Below, piece after piece: positions 52,899 to 62,453 of a stretch of 64,000 bases of DNA (the stretch's first letter is position 1; every line of letters begins with the position of its first letter). Under the pieces are notes generated by a model. The model was not told the DNA's origin. It searched no databases and saw only the letters and a list, made by a program, of their open reading frames with translations. Source of the DNA: an uncultured Acidobacteriota bacterium (GTDB lineage: Bacteria > Acidobacteriota > Thermoanaerobaculia > Multivoradales > SZUA-115); assembly GCA_963805975.1 (NCBI GenBank), contig CAWDVR010000002.1, positions 192,001 to 256,000 of the forward strand, written 5' to 3'. Both the position numbers and the translations under genes were made by a program.

Positions 52899-54254
52899 CT
52901 AGGGCGCGACGGCCACGGCGGCCGGTGGAGAAAGGGCCGCGACCGGCGGCTGCAGGTCGTCCACCACCCAGCGCACGGCGCGCGAGCACGGGCAGGTGCC
53001 GCCCACCCGGGCGAGGGCCGGCATCTGGGCCGCCGCCTGCTCCGGCGTGCGCTCGCCGGAGACCACCGTGCGCAGCGCCGCCACGTAGTCCTTGAAGTCC
53101 TTGCCGGCGAGATAGGGCTCGGGGAGCGATGCCCTGAGGTGCGCGAGGTAGGTCTCGAGGCTGTCGTAGGTCTCGCCGCGCGTGCCGGCGAGGGTGAAGG
53201 CGGGAACGCCGCGGCGGCGGCAGAAAGACGGGTGTGGTGCCCGGAGCAGGTCGTCGTGGGACACGCCCTGCTCGCTCCCGCCGTCGGCCAGCAGGCGCTT
53301 CAGGAGCGCGTCCGCCTCCTCGCGGGAGAGCTCGGGGCAGCGCGCCCGCACGTAGCGCTGGTTCAGGTCGTGGATCAGCTTCTCCACCTCGGCGAAGTAC
53401 TGGCCTTGCGCCTCGGCGTTCTTCATCGGCTTCAGGCCCATGCGCACGTTGCTTCCGCCGCCGCGCTCGTCGCCGAACATCTCGAGGCCGCGCGGCAGCC
53501 ACTTGTTGAAGGCGCGCTGCAGGGTGTCCATGGTGACGAAGACCTCGCCCTTGGCCGCCTCCTTCACCCAGCGCCGCATCGGCACCACGCCGGCCGCCAG
53601 GTGGAAGGCCTCCTCGCGCAGCATCGGGGGCATGCTCTCGGCCATCGGCTTGTAGGCCGAGACCTGCTGCATGGCGAGCTGGTACTTGCCCACGCGGTCG
53701 ATCAGCGCGCAGAAGACCACGCTGTCCACGAAGCTGTCGAAGGCGATGTTGAAGGCGCCCAGGATGTGCGAGCCGGTGCGCATGGAGAGGATCTCCTCCA
53801 CCATCTCGGCGCCGGTCTCCTTGGACACGCAGGTCCAGTCGTCCTCGAGCAGCAGGTGCAGCATCTGGTAGCCGTGGCGCAGCTCCTCGGCCATCATGCG
53901 CAGGATCCAGATCTGCTCCTCTTCCTCCTGTGCGCGGGCGAGCACCTCGCGGTGCTGCTGGATCGAGCCGAACTCGGTCGAGGCCTGGGCGCGGATGGCC
54001 CCCAGGAGATGATGCGCCTGCTCCGGGCGCAAGTCCTGGGCGCGGGTGCGCTTGGGCTGGCCCTGCTGATCACCGCACTCGATCTCGTCGCAGATCCCCA
54101 GCTCGCGGTAGGCGCAGAGCTCGAACGGCTTGTCGTTGGGGAAGTAACGGTCCCAGTTCTCGACCAGGAACGGGTAGTCGGTGAGGTAGGTGTCCCGCCA
54201 CTTCAAGACCGCGTTGTGAAAGGGCTTGGGCAGGCTCTGGGAACGGGTGCGCAT
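52899..54254 (-). CDS. Ferritin-like diiron protein, BoxB/PaaA (aryl-CoA epoxidase)-like
   Basis: 'QASTEFGSIQQ', 'EELRHG', 'GAFN', 'DRVGKYQL' and 'MLREEAFH' match the BoxB layout; start MRTRSQ at 54254 with AAGGAG RBS. Confidence 0.75.
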   Translation of the reverse strand: MRTRSQSLPKPFHNAVLKWRDTYLTDYPFLVENWDRYFPNDKPFELCAYRELGICDEIECGDQQGQPKRTRAQDLRPEQAHHLLGAIRAQASTEFGSIQQHREVLARAQEEEEQIWILRMMAEELRHGYQMLHLLLEDDWTCVSKETGAEMVEEILSMRTGSHILGAFNIAFDSFVDSVVFCALIDRVGKYQLAMQQVSAYKPMAESMPPMLREEAFHLAAGVVPMRRWVKEAAKGEVFVTMDTLQRAFNKWLPRGLEMFGDERGGGSNVRMGLKPMKNAEAQGQYFAEVEKLIHDLNQRYVRARCPELSREEADALLKRLLADGGSEQGVSHDDLLRAPHPSFCRRRGVPAFTLAGTRGETYDSLETYLAHLRASLPEPYLAGKDFKDYVAALRTVVSGERTPEQAAAQMPALARVGGTCPCSRAVRWVVDDLQPPVAALSPPAAVAVAP

Positions 54255-54292
54255 CGCGTCTCCTTGACGACTGCTGACAGGCGCCGGCTGAC

Positions 54293-54787
54293 TCAAAGGT
54301 GCTTGACCAGCGGCCGCAGGCCGCCGGCCTCGAAACCGACGCTGGCGAAGAAGCGGGCCAGGTCGCCGCGCTCGGCCTCGACCAGGGTGCGGACCACGGC
54401 CGCGTCCCGGCGGCGGAAGTGGGCGAACATGGCCTCGGCCAGGCGCTGGCCGATGCCCAGGCCGCGGCACGAGGGATCGACGCCCAGAACCTCCACCCAG
54501 CCGGTGGGCTCGTCGAGACCGAACTCCCCCGACCGCACCTCGCCCAACATGAACCCCACCACCCTGCCTGCCAATTCCGCCACCATCGAGGCGTCCGGGT
54601 CGCGGCGGAGGTAATACGCCAGCCGGCGCTCCCAGACCTCCGGCCGGTAGGCGCCGCCGATCTGCTCGTCGATCCCGGTGATGGCGTCGAGGTCGAGCTC
54701 GTTGGCCGGACGCACGAGAACGTCTGTGCTCAGGGTCTCGCTATTGGGGGTCTCCGTGTCGGGGGTCACCGTGGTGGGGGTCGCCAT
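54293..54787 (-). CDS. GNAT family N-acetyltransferase
   Basis: 'LGVDPSCRGLGIGQRL' acetyl-CoA motif; 'FFASVGF'. Confidence 0.85.
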   Translation of the reverse strand: MATPTTVTPDTETPNSETLSTDVLVRPANELDLDAITGIDEQIGGAYRPEVWERRLAYYLRRDPDASMVAELAGRVVGFMLGEVRSGEFGLDEPTGWVEVLGVDPSCRGLGIGQRLAEAMFAHFRRRDAAVVRTLVEAERGDLARFFASVGFEAGGLRPLVKHL

Positions 54788-54869
54788 GGCGGGATTGTAC
54801 CCGCCCCGCTCGACCCGGAGCAACGAAGCGGCAAGTGTTGCAGTCCGAGCCGGGCTCGCCGGCCCAGGA

Positions 54870-55070
54870 TCAGGTCTTGTCGATCTGGATGCTCGACTTG
54901 GTGCCGCCGTTGGCGACCGCGACCATGATCCCCAGGCCGAGGGCGATGATCAGGCCGATCACCGTCCAGGTAGTCCCGATATTGGCCAGCACGCCCGTTT
55001 TCCACAGCGCGGCGAGGATGCCGAGCACCACAATGACGTATCCGGCGAGATATAGACCAGTCCATTTCAT
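54870..55070 (-). CDS. Small two-TM membrane protein (66 aa)
   Basis: MKWTGLYLAGYVIVVLG...; GGAGG RBS; two hydrophobic helices. Confidence 0.7.
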   Translation of the reverse strand: MKWTGLYLAGYVIVVLGILAALWKTGVLANIGTTWTVIGLIIALGLGIMVAVANGGTKSSIQIDKT

Positions 55071-55227
55071 TTCTGCCTCCTCTGGATCGTAACGACACCA
55101 TTCCCGGGTCGTGACCGCTGGGGAGCGGGAGAAGCAAGGCGCGCGCCAGGCGCCCGGCTCCTTGAACGGCGGGGGAGGCCGAAGGTATCCTGCGAACGGC
55201 ATGGGGGATCTGGCGCACCGCAAGGAC

Positions 55228-56310
55228 ATGACGCACTGGAAGGAGAGCGCGGAGATCCTCTCCCGGCTCGGGTCCCTGGCTGCGGCGGGCCGGCGGGCCG
55301 CGCTCGCGACCGTGGTCCGCATCTCGGGCTCCGCCTACCGGCGGCCCGGTGCCAAGCTCCTCGTAGAAGACGAGGGTCACACTCTCGGCAGCGTGAGCGG
55401 CGGCTGCCTCGAAGCAGACGTGCGCGAGATCGCCCAGGCCGTGCTCCTCTCGGGCGAGCCGCGCCTGCGGCACTACGACACCGGCAGCCACGAGGACATG
55501 GTCTGGGGCCTCGGGCTGGGGTGCAACGGCGAGATCGACGTCTTCGTACAGCCGGCGACGGAGGGTCCGCTCGCGGCCCTGGCCCACCCTCTCTCGACGC
55601 TTCTCGCGGGCGATTCGCCGTTCGCCGTCGCCACGGTGGTCGAAGGCGGCCGCCAGGCGGGCGAGGCCCTGGTCGTCGGGACGGGCGAGACCCATGGCTC
55701 GCTGGGCTCCGCGGAGCTCGACCACCTGGCCGTCGAGTGGGCCCTCCGGCCGGGCAGGGCGGGCCTCTCGGACCTCTACCCGCTCGGCGACCGGCTGGTG
55801 TTCTTCGAGCACCTGGCGCCACCGCTCCACCTCGCGATCTTCGGCGCCGGGGACGATGCCATGCCGCTCGCCGCCTACGCCGCGGACGCCGGCTTCCGCG
55901 TCACAGTGCTGGACCACCGTCCGGCCCTCCTGTCGCCGGCGCGTTTCCCCCAGGCCACCAGGCTCGTCGAAGGGCGGCCGGACGGCACCCTCGAGCTCTC
56001 GAACCCGGCCCGCACGCTCGCCGTGATCAAGACCCACTCCCTCGCTCACGACCGCGAATGGGCGCGGCGCCTGCTCGCGGCCGGCGTGCCGTACGTGGGT
56101 CTGCTGGGGCCGCGGGCGCGCACCGCGGACCTGCTGCGCGACATCGGCGCCGAGGGCGACGAGCGGGTCTTCGGACCCGTGGGCCTCGACCTCGGTGCCG
56201 AGGGCCCGCACCAGATCGCCATCGCCGTCGTGGCCGAGCTCCTCGCCTTCAGCGCCGGGCGGGAGCCACGGCATCTCTCGCAGCGGCACGAGGCGGCCCA
56301 TGCACGATGA
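55228..56310 (+). CDS. XdhC/CoxI family molybdenum-cofactor maturation factor
   Basis: 'GSAYRRPGA', 'GSVSGGCLE', 'GLGCNG', 'YVGLLGPR.R' and 'PVGLDLGA'. Confidence 0.9.
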   Translation: MTHWKESAEILSRLGSLAAAGRRAALATVVRISGSAYRRPGAKLLVEDEGHTLGSVSGGCLEADVREIAQAVLLSGEPRLRHYDTGSHEDMVWGLGLGCNGEIDVFVQPATEGPLAALAHPLSTLLAGDSPFAVATVVEGGRQAGEALVVGTGETHGSLGSAELDHLAVEWALRPGRAGLSDLYPLGDRLVFFEHLAPPLHLAIFGAGDDAMPLAAYAADAGFRVTVLDHRPALLSPARFPQATRLVEGRPDGTLELSNPARTLAVIKTHSLAHDREWARRLLAAGVPYVGLLGPRARTADLLRDIGAEGDERVFGPVGLDLGAEGPHQIAIAVVAELLAFSAGREPRHLSQRHEAAHAR

Positions 56311-56905
56311 AGCGCCGCCGGTCGCCGGCGTGCTGCTCGCCGCGGGAACCTCGAGCCGCATGGGGGTCAACAAGCTCCTGCTGAAGATCGCCGGCGAGAC
56401 CGTGCTGCGGCGAACGGCGCGACGGGCGCACGCGGCCGGGCTCTCACCCCTCCTGGTGGTGCTCGGTCACCAGGCCGGGGAAGCGAGCCGGGAGCTCCTC
56501 GGGCTGGAGTGCCGAGAGGTGCAGAACCCCGGTTACGAGCAGGGCCTGGGCTCGTCCCTCGCGGCCGGCTTCTCGGCCCTCCCCGCGACCGCGCCGGCCG
56601 CGGTCGTCCTGCTGGCCGACATGCCGTTCGTCACCGCGGACATGCTGGCCGCGCTCGTCGCCCGCTACCGCGCGACCCGGGCCCGGCTCGTGCTGTCCGA
56701 CTACGAAGGGGTGCCCGCTCCACCGATGCTCTACGACCGCTCTCTCTTCGCCGAGCTGCGGGCGCTGGCGGGAGACGAGGGCGGCCAGCGCGTGGCGGAG
56801 CGCCACCGGCACCAGGCGGAGGTGCTCCGCTGGCCCGCCGCCGCGCTCGCCGACCTCGACCTGCCGCAGGACTACGAGCGCCTGGCCGCCGGGGCCGCGC
56901 CATGA
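56300..56905 (+). CDS. Molybdenum cofactor cytidylyltransferase MocA-like nucleotidyltransferase
   Basis: 'LAAGTSSRMG.NKLL', 'LADMP' and 'DLD.PQDY'. Confidence 0.88.
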   Translation: MHDEAPPVAGVLLAAGTSSRMGVNKLLLKIAGETVLRRTARRAHAAGLSPLLVVLGHQAGEASRELLGLECREVQNPGYEQGLGSSLAAGFSALPATAPAAVVLLADMPFVTADMLAALVARYRATRARLVLSDYEGVPAPPMLYDRSLFAELRALAGDEGGQRVAERHRHQAEVLRWPAAALADLDLPQDYERLAAGAAP

Positions 56906-57792
56906 AACCGGAGATCGCGGCCCTCGAGGCGGCCATGGAGCGGCAGGGGTACATCGCCGACCCGGCGATCGCCACCGCTCTCTTCCTGGCCACGGAGATG
57001 CGCCGGCCGCTGCTGATCGAGGGCGATGCCGGGGTGGGCAAGACCGAGATCGCCAAGGTGCTGGCACGGCACTTGGGCACCGAGCTGATCCGCCTCCAGT
57101 GCTACGAGGGCCTGGACGTCTCGACCTCGCTCTACGAGTGGAACTACCAGCGCCAGTTGCTCGCCCTGCGGCTGGCCGAAGGCGCGGGCCGGAGCGCGGG
57201 CGAGATCGAGCAGAAGATCTTCGGCCGCGAGTACCTGCTCGAGAGACCGCTCCTCGCCGCCATCTCCCGCCGCGAAGGCCCGCCAGTGCTGCTGATCGAC
57301 GAGGTGGACCGCGCGGACGACGGCTTCGAGGCCTTTCTGCTGGAAGTGCTCTCCGACTTCCAGGTCACCATCCCCGAGCTGGGCACGATCCGCGCCGAGC
57401 ACGTCCCCTACGTGGTGCTCACCTCGAACCGCAGCCGCGAGATCGGCGACGCGCTCCGGCGGCGCTGCCTCTACCTCTACCTCGAGCACCCCTCGCTCGA
57501 GAAAGAGGTGCGCATCCTCCACGCGCGGGTGCCCGAGGCCGGGGCGCGGCTCGCGGAACAGATCGGCCGCTTCATGCAGTCGCTGCGCGCCCGGCGGCTC
57601 AACAAGGCGCCGGGGGTCGCCGAGACCCTCGACTGGGCGCGGGCCCTGGTACACCTCGGCCGCGATCGCCTCGACCGCGAAATCGTGGAGCAGACGCTCG
57701 GCGTGATCCTGAAAGACCACCGCGACCTCGCCGAGCTCTCCGGGGGCGAGCTGGAGAAGACGCTCGCGGTGGCGGGCGCGGAAGCGGGATGA
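56902..57792 (+). CDS. MoxR/CoxD-type AAA+ ATPase
   Basis: 'EGDAGVGKT', 'RLQCYEG', 'LLIDEVDR' and 'DALRRRC'. Confidence 0.9.
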   Translation: MKPEIAALEAAMERQGYIADPAIATALFLATEMRRPLLIEGDAGVGKTEIAKVLARHLGTELIRLQCYEGLDVSTSLYEWNYQRQLLALRLAEGAGRSAGEIEQKIFGREYLLERPLLAAISRREGPPVLLIDEVDRADDGFEAFLLEVLSDFQVTIPELGTIRAEHVPYVVLTSNRSREIGDALRRRCLYLYLEHPSLEKEVRILHARVPEAGARLAEQIGRFMQSLRARRLNKAPGVAETLDWARALVHLGRDRLDREIVEQTLGVILKDHRDLAELSGGELEKTLAVAGAEAG

Positions 57793-58928
57793 GCGCGGCG
57801 GGCGACATGACCGAGCCCCCCCTCGTCACTCACCTGGCCCTTTTCGGGCGTGCGCTCCGGCAGCGTGGAGCGCGGGTGAGCCTGAGCGACGAGGCGGATG
57901 CGCTCGAAGCGCTCACCCTGGTGGATTTGGTGGACCGCGACGAGGTGCGCCGCGCCCTGCGGGTGTCGCTCAAGATCCGGCCGCGGGATCTGGCGGCCTT
58001 CGAGGAGCTCTTCGCGCGCTTCTGGGAGAGCTTCGAGGAGCCGGCCGGAGGCCCCATGCCCTGGCCGGCGGCGAGCGTCCCCACTCGTCTCACGCCCGGG
58101 GCCGGTCGGCCTTCTGGCAAGGCAGAGCCCGGCCGCGAGCGCGAGGTGCCCACCGGCGAGGAGATCGGCTACAGCCCGGAGGCGGTGCTGCGCGGCAAAC
58201 CGTTCACGGACTGCTCCGCGGCGGACCTCGCTGCCATGGAGCGGCTGATGGCCCGGCTGGTGCTGCGGGTCGCGACCCGCCCCAGCCGCCGGCTCGTTCC
58301 GAGCCGCGGGCCGGGCGTGCCCGACCTGCGGCGCAGCTTCCGCAAGGCCCTCTCCCACGGCGGCGAGATCCTGACCCTGGCCCGGAGGCGCCGGGCGGTC
58401 GAGAGACCGCGCCTGGTGGTGCTCTGCGACACCAGCGGTTCCATGGACCCCCATGCGCGGTTCCTGCTCGCCTTTGTCCTGGCGCTCCGGCGCGTGGCGA
58501 GCCGGAGCGAGATCTTCGCCTTCAACACCACCCTGGTGCGGCTCACGCCCTGGCTGCGGCCCGGCCAGGTGGACCTGACCCTGGCGCGCCTGGCCTCCGG
58601 CGTCCCGGACTGGTCGGGCGGCACGCGGATCGGTGAGTGCCTGGCGGCCTTCGAGGAGCAGTATCTCCCCACCCTGGTGGACTCGAAGACGGTGGTGCTG
58701 ATCCTCTCGGACGGTCTCGACCGTGGCGACCTCGCGCCGCTCGCGGGCGCCATGAGATCGATCCGGGCCCGCGCCCGGCGAGTGCTGTGGCTCAACCCGC
58801 TGGCCGGCGATCCGCGCTACGAGCCCACGGCGCGCGCCATGGCGGCGGCGCTGCCGTTCGTGGACCGCTTGCTGCCGGCCCACAATCTCGATTCCCTGGC
58901 CAGGCTCCTTCCCCTGCTGACGGCCTGA
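57789..58928 (+). CDS. CoxE-type VWA domain protein
   Basis: 'CDTSGSM' MIDAS, 'WSGGTRIG', 'SDGLD' and 'WLNPL'. Confidence 0.9.
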   Translation: MSAAGDMTEPPLVTHLALFGRALRQRGARVSLSDEADALEALTLVDLVDRDEVRRALRVSLKIRPRDLAAFEELFARFWESFEEPAGGPMPWPAASVPTRLTPGAGRPSGKAEPGREREVPTGEEIGYSPEAVLRGKPFTDCSAADLAAMERLMARLVLRVATRPSRRLVPSRGPGVPDLRRSFRKALSHGGEILTLARRRRAVERPRLVVLCDTSGSMDPHARFLLAFVLALRRVASRSEIFAFNTTLVRLTPWLRPGQVDLTLARLASGVPDWSGGTRIGECLAAFEEQYLPTLVDSKTVVLILSDGLDRGDLAPLAGAMRSIRARARRVLWLNPLAGDPRYEPTARAMAAALPFVDRLLPAHNLDSLARLLPLLTA

Positions 58929-58948
58929 GCGCAACCCAGAGGTGAGAA

Positions 58949-60013
58949 ATGTCGATACCAACCGAACCCATCGGCAGCATTCCTCGCCCGCGCGCCCTGA
59001 TCGAGGGCGTGCGGGCCTTCCAGGCGGGGGGCCTGGCGCAGAAAGAGCTCGATGCGCTCTATGACGCCGCACTTCGCGACACTCTGGAGCGCTTCGCGGC
59101 CACGGGCTCGCCGGTCATCACCGACGGTGAGCAGACCAAGCCCAGCTTTGCCACCTATCCCGTGCACGGGCTCGAGAACCTGGCGCCGGACGGCGCCGTG
59201 ATCCCGTTCGCCGACGCCCACACCCGCCAGCTTCCGCGGCTGACTGCCGGACCTTTCCGCTACCGGACCTATGCCGAGTCCTATCTGACCGCGGCGCAGC
59301 AGCGCACGAGCCTGCCGGTGAAGCAGGCCGTGATCTCGGCCTCGGCGCTCAGCCTGCTCTACCCGCAGGACGAGTTGGAAGGCTACTCTCGCGAGGCCTT
59401 CCTCGACGACCTCCTGAACGAGCACGAGGCCGACATCCGCCGCTGCCTGGCGCAGGGTGCCTACAACGTGCAGATCGACTTCACCGAGGGCCGGCTGGCG
59501 GGGAAGCTCGATCCCAGCGGCGGGCTCCTCAAGAGCTTCGTCGAGCTCAACAACCGCGTCCTGCGGCGCTTTTCGCCAGAAGAGCGGAGTCGGATCGGCG
59601 TCCACACCTGCCCGGGCGGCGATCAGGACTCGACCCACAGCGCGGACGTGGACTACGCGGAGCTGTTGCCCAGCCTGTTCGAGCTCGAAGGCGGCAGCTT
59701 CTACCTCCAGATGGCGAGCGAGAGCGATCGGCCGCGGGTGCTGGGGATCCTCAAGGAGGTTGCGAGAGCGGGGCAACGGCTCTTCGTCGGGGTGACCGAT
59801 CCGATCGATCCCAGGGTGGAGACGCCGGAAGAGGTCTGCGACCGAGTGCTGGAAGCGGCCGAGTACCTGCCGCTCGGTCAGTTGGGCACCACGGACGACT
59901 GCGGCTTCTCGCCGTTCGGCGACGATCTTTCGACCAGCCGCGAGATCGCCTTCGAGAAGATCCGCGCCCGCGTCGCCGGCACGGCCCTGGCGGCCCGGAA
60001 GCTCGGGGTCTGA
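58949..60013 (+). CDS. Cobalamin-independent methionine synthase II family protein (MetE C-terminal-like)
   Basis: 'IGSIPRP', 'ITDGEQ', 'QIDFTE', 'HTCPG' and 'DDCGF' Zn motifs. Confidence 0.85.
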   Translation: MSIPTEPIGSIPRPRALIEGVRAFQAGGLAQKELDALYDAALRDTLERFAATGSPVITDGEQTKPSFATYPVHGLENLAPDGAVIPFADAHTRQLPRLTAGPFRYRTYAESYLTAAQQRTSLPVKQAVISASALSLLYPQDELEGYSREAFLDDLLNEHEADIRRCLAQGAYNVQIDFTEGRLAGKLDPSGGLLKSFVELNNRVLRRFSPEERSRIGVHTCPGGDQDSTHSADVDYAELLPSLFELEGGSFYLQMASESDRPRVLGILKEVARAGQRLFVGVTDPIDPRVETPEEVCDRVLEAAEYLPLGQLGTTDDCGFSPFGDDLSTSREIAFEKIRARVAGTALAARKLGV

Positions 60014-60036
60014 TCGGCCGGAGGCCGAGTGTCGGC

Positions 60037-60945
60037 CTACGCCACTGTGCTGTAGACCGTCCGCCTGTTGTTGCTGGCCCAGGTCACAGTCACCGTGTAG
60101 TTGACGGCGGCCCCGACGGCCGGCCCCAGCAATCCGGTCAACGTCGCCGCTGGGTCGATGACTCGGCTGAAAAGGCCGCCCGCCGCTGCGGCCCCGTTGC
60201 GAGCGAAGCCGAGCGTCGTCGGCGCCCGAGCCGCCGGGTTGCGGTAGAAGCGCGCCCGGCCCCTCATCACGAAGGACCCCCAAGTCGTCCTCAAGACATC
60301 GGTCATGAAGCGCAGAGCCCCAACTCCGTTCCAAGGTATGAGGGAACAGAGCCCGAAGGTATCAGTGCCGCCGTCGCTGACGACCCCGCCGGCGGATACC
60401 GTCCACAGCTCCCAGTAGTGGGTCTCGGTCGCGTGCACCGCACTGGCCGGGTTCTGCACGTAAGCGTTGAGAGCCGCCCCGGCTAGCGGCAAACCTGTGG
60501 CGTAGTTGGTGACGTTGAAGGTGCGCCAGACCTCCTGCACGATGAGCCCCGCCACCGGGTTTGCCACGTTCCAGTCTCTGACCCGCTGGAAGTTGCCGCA
60601 ATAGCCCTCCTGATCCTGAGCGGCATCGTGCACCGCGGTGAGGACCGGGTCCGGCGGTGGCAGCAGTACGAGGGGGGCGGAGACCCTCCTGCGCTTCGCC
60701 GGTGGCGCTCGTGATGGCTGGACGACGGGGGCGGCGGGCTGAAAGGCCCGTCCGGGCGCCGGGGAGAGGAGGCTGGTCTGGATTCGCCCGCCGGGATCTC
60801 GCGTCGCGAGTCGGGCCTGAGCCGCCCCGATCGCCGCCTGGACGTGCGGCGCCAGCCGCGAGCCGCTCACTTCGAGAGCCTTCGGTTGCGCCGGCCGCAG
60901 CGCGGCCTCGACGTGAGGCGCGAGCTCGTGCCGCTTGCCTTGCAC
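60037..60945 (-). CDS. Hypothetical effector-like protein with repeated APHVxAA leader and NLS-like motif
   Basis: 302-aa ORF with 'LAPHVEAALRPAQPK' and 'LAPHVQAAIGAAQAR', then 'PPAKRRRV', then a globular region of unknown family. Confidence 0.6.
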   Translation of the reverse strand: MQGKRHELAPHVEAALRPAQPKALEVSGSRLAPHVQAAIGAAQARLATRDPGGRIQTSLLSPAPGRAFQPAAPVVQPSRAPPAKRRRVSAPLVLLPPPDPVLTAVHDAAQDQEGYCGNFQRVRDWNVANPVAGLIVQEVWRTFNVTNYATGLPLAGAALNAYVQNPASAVHATETHYWELWTVSAGGVVSDGGTDTFGLCSLIPWNGVGALRFMTDVLRTTWGSFVMRGRARFYRNPAARAPTTLGFARNGAAAAGGLFSRVIDPAATLTGLLGPAVGAAVNYTVTVTWASNNRRTVYSTVA

Positions 60946-60960
60946 CGGCCCGGCGCCAGC

Positions 60961-62331
60961 CTAGCTGCACGCCGCCGGGTCGGGCGCGCCGTCGCAGACC
61001 GGCAGGGTCACGTCCGAGGCGAGGGCCGGGTCGGTGACGTTGTCGAGCTGGATGGCGTCGAAGCCGACGCTGAAGCGGTCGTTGGCCTTGAAGATCGCCA
61101 TCACCCAGTTCTGGGTCACCGGCTCGAAGGGCACCTGGCTGCCGGCGACGGTGGTGTCCAGGTCGAGATAGAGCCAGCCGAAGTCGAAAGGCACGGGGAA
61201 GTCCGGCCCGTCGACCTGCACCCGGTTGGCCTCGAGCGGGCAGGGCAGCAGGAAATCGCCGGGGATGGGCGGCGAGAAGGGGCTGGTCTCCGCCACGTCC
61301 GGGTTCTCGTTCTCGTCGAAGACCACGATCTGGTTCTGCGACAGCGGGAACGGCTGCGGCGTGGCACCGCAGGCGAAGGGAAGCTGGGTGCGCTTGCTGT
61401 CGCGCCAGCAGATGAGCTCGGTGCCGCCGTCGAAGCCGCGCACCGCCTTGGCGGCGGCGATCAACGGCGCCGGAAGGTCTTCCTCGACGGCCACGGCGTA
61501 GCGCACCGCGAAGGTGGAGGCCAGGCCCTCGCGCTGGTCCGCGCCGCCGCTGAACTTGCGGTAGAAGGTGTAGTTGGCGGCGCCCAGAGCGTCGCTCGCC
61601 TCGGCATGGACGAGGGTGAACCCCTGGGCATAGTTCTGGTCCGGATGGACGTAGAAGTAGTCCCCCCAGAGAACGTTCTCGTTGTTCGCCGCGCCGTTGC
61701 CGCCGGCGATGAAGTAGCCGGTGTCGCCGGGGAAGTCGAGGGTGCAGAAGTTGACGCTGTCGACCGTGATGTAGCCGCGGGCCACGTTGTCCCCGTGGTT
61801 GCGGCCCGAGCACAGGCCACCGAAGACCACCGGCGAGCCCAGGCCGACGTGGGCGGCGCGGATGTGAGCGAGGAGCACGGCGGGCAGGGCCGGCAGCGGG
61901 AGCTGGCCGTTGCAGGAGGTCGAGCCGGGGCCGACGCCGGTCACCGGGTTGGTGACGATCGAGAAGATCCCCACCGGCGAGATCGAGTCGGCATCGTTGA
62001 CGTGCTCGGTCGCGGGCACGGTGCCGGTGGTGAACAGGTCGCGCAGGTTGAAGGTGACCACGTCGTAGCCGGTGAGATAGACGTTGAAGTCCAGGGTGGG
62101 CACCGAGTAGTCGGTCCACAGGGTGACGTGCGCGATGGCCGGCGCCTGGCTGGCGTTGTTGATCGAGAAGAGCGTGGTCGAGCCGTCGGCGCCCCCGTCG
62201 AGGTCGACCTCGAAGTAGGGCAGCAGGAGGGTGGCCGCGGGCACCGCGTCGACGGTGCCGATCTCGGCCTGAGCGGGAGCCAGCGAGGCCGTGGCCAGAA
62301 GCGCGAAGCACACCAGACGCGTAGCATTCAT
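60961..62331 (-). CDS. Secreted hypothetical protein ('VPAATLLLPYFEV' family)
   Basis: Signal peptide ending AQA; GGAGG RBS; beta-rich sequence with paired Cys. Confidence 0.75.
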   Translation of the reverse strand: MNATRLVCFALLATASLAPAQAEIGTVDAVPAATLLLPYFEVDLDGGADGSTTLFSINNASQAPAIAHVTLWTDYSVPTLDFNVYLTGYDVVTFNLRDLFTTGTVPATEHVNDADSISPVGIFSIVTNPVTGVGPGSTSCNGQLPLPALPAVLLAHIRAAHVGLGSPVVFGGLCSGRNHGDNVARGYITVDSVNFCTLDFPGDTGYFIAGGNGAANNENVLWGDYFYVHPDQNYAQGFTLVHAEASDALGAANYTFYRKFSGGADQREGLASTFAVRYAVAVEEDLPAPLIAAAKAVRGFDGGTELICWRDSKRTQLPFACGATPQPFPLSQNQIVVFDENENPDVAETSPFSPPIPGDFLLPCPLEANRVQVDGPDFPVPFDFGWLYLDLDTTVAGSQVPFEPVTQNWVMAIFKANDRFSVGFDAIQLDNVTDPALASDVTLPVCDGAPDPAACS

Positions 62332-62418
62332 GACGGTCCTCCCTCGTTGGCGCCAGGTACAGTCGAGATCGATTCCGGCGATGTTACCGCAAGCCGCAAC
62401 GCGGTGGTGAGGCTGCCG

Positions 62419-62453
62419 CGATGTCGTCCTTCGCTGCGCTCAGGATGACATCG
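62419..62453. repeat. REP-like hairpin (GTCATCCTGAGCGCAGCGAAGGA type) overlapping the lipA stop codon
   Basis: CGATGTCGTCCT-TCGCTGCGCTC-AGGATGACATCG inverted repeat. Confidence 0.6.
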
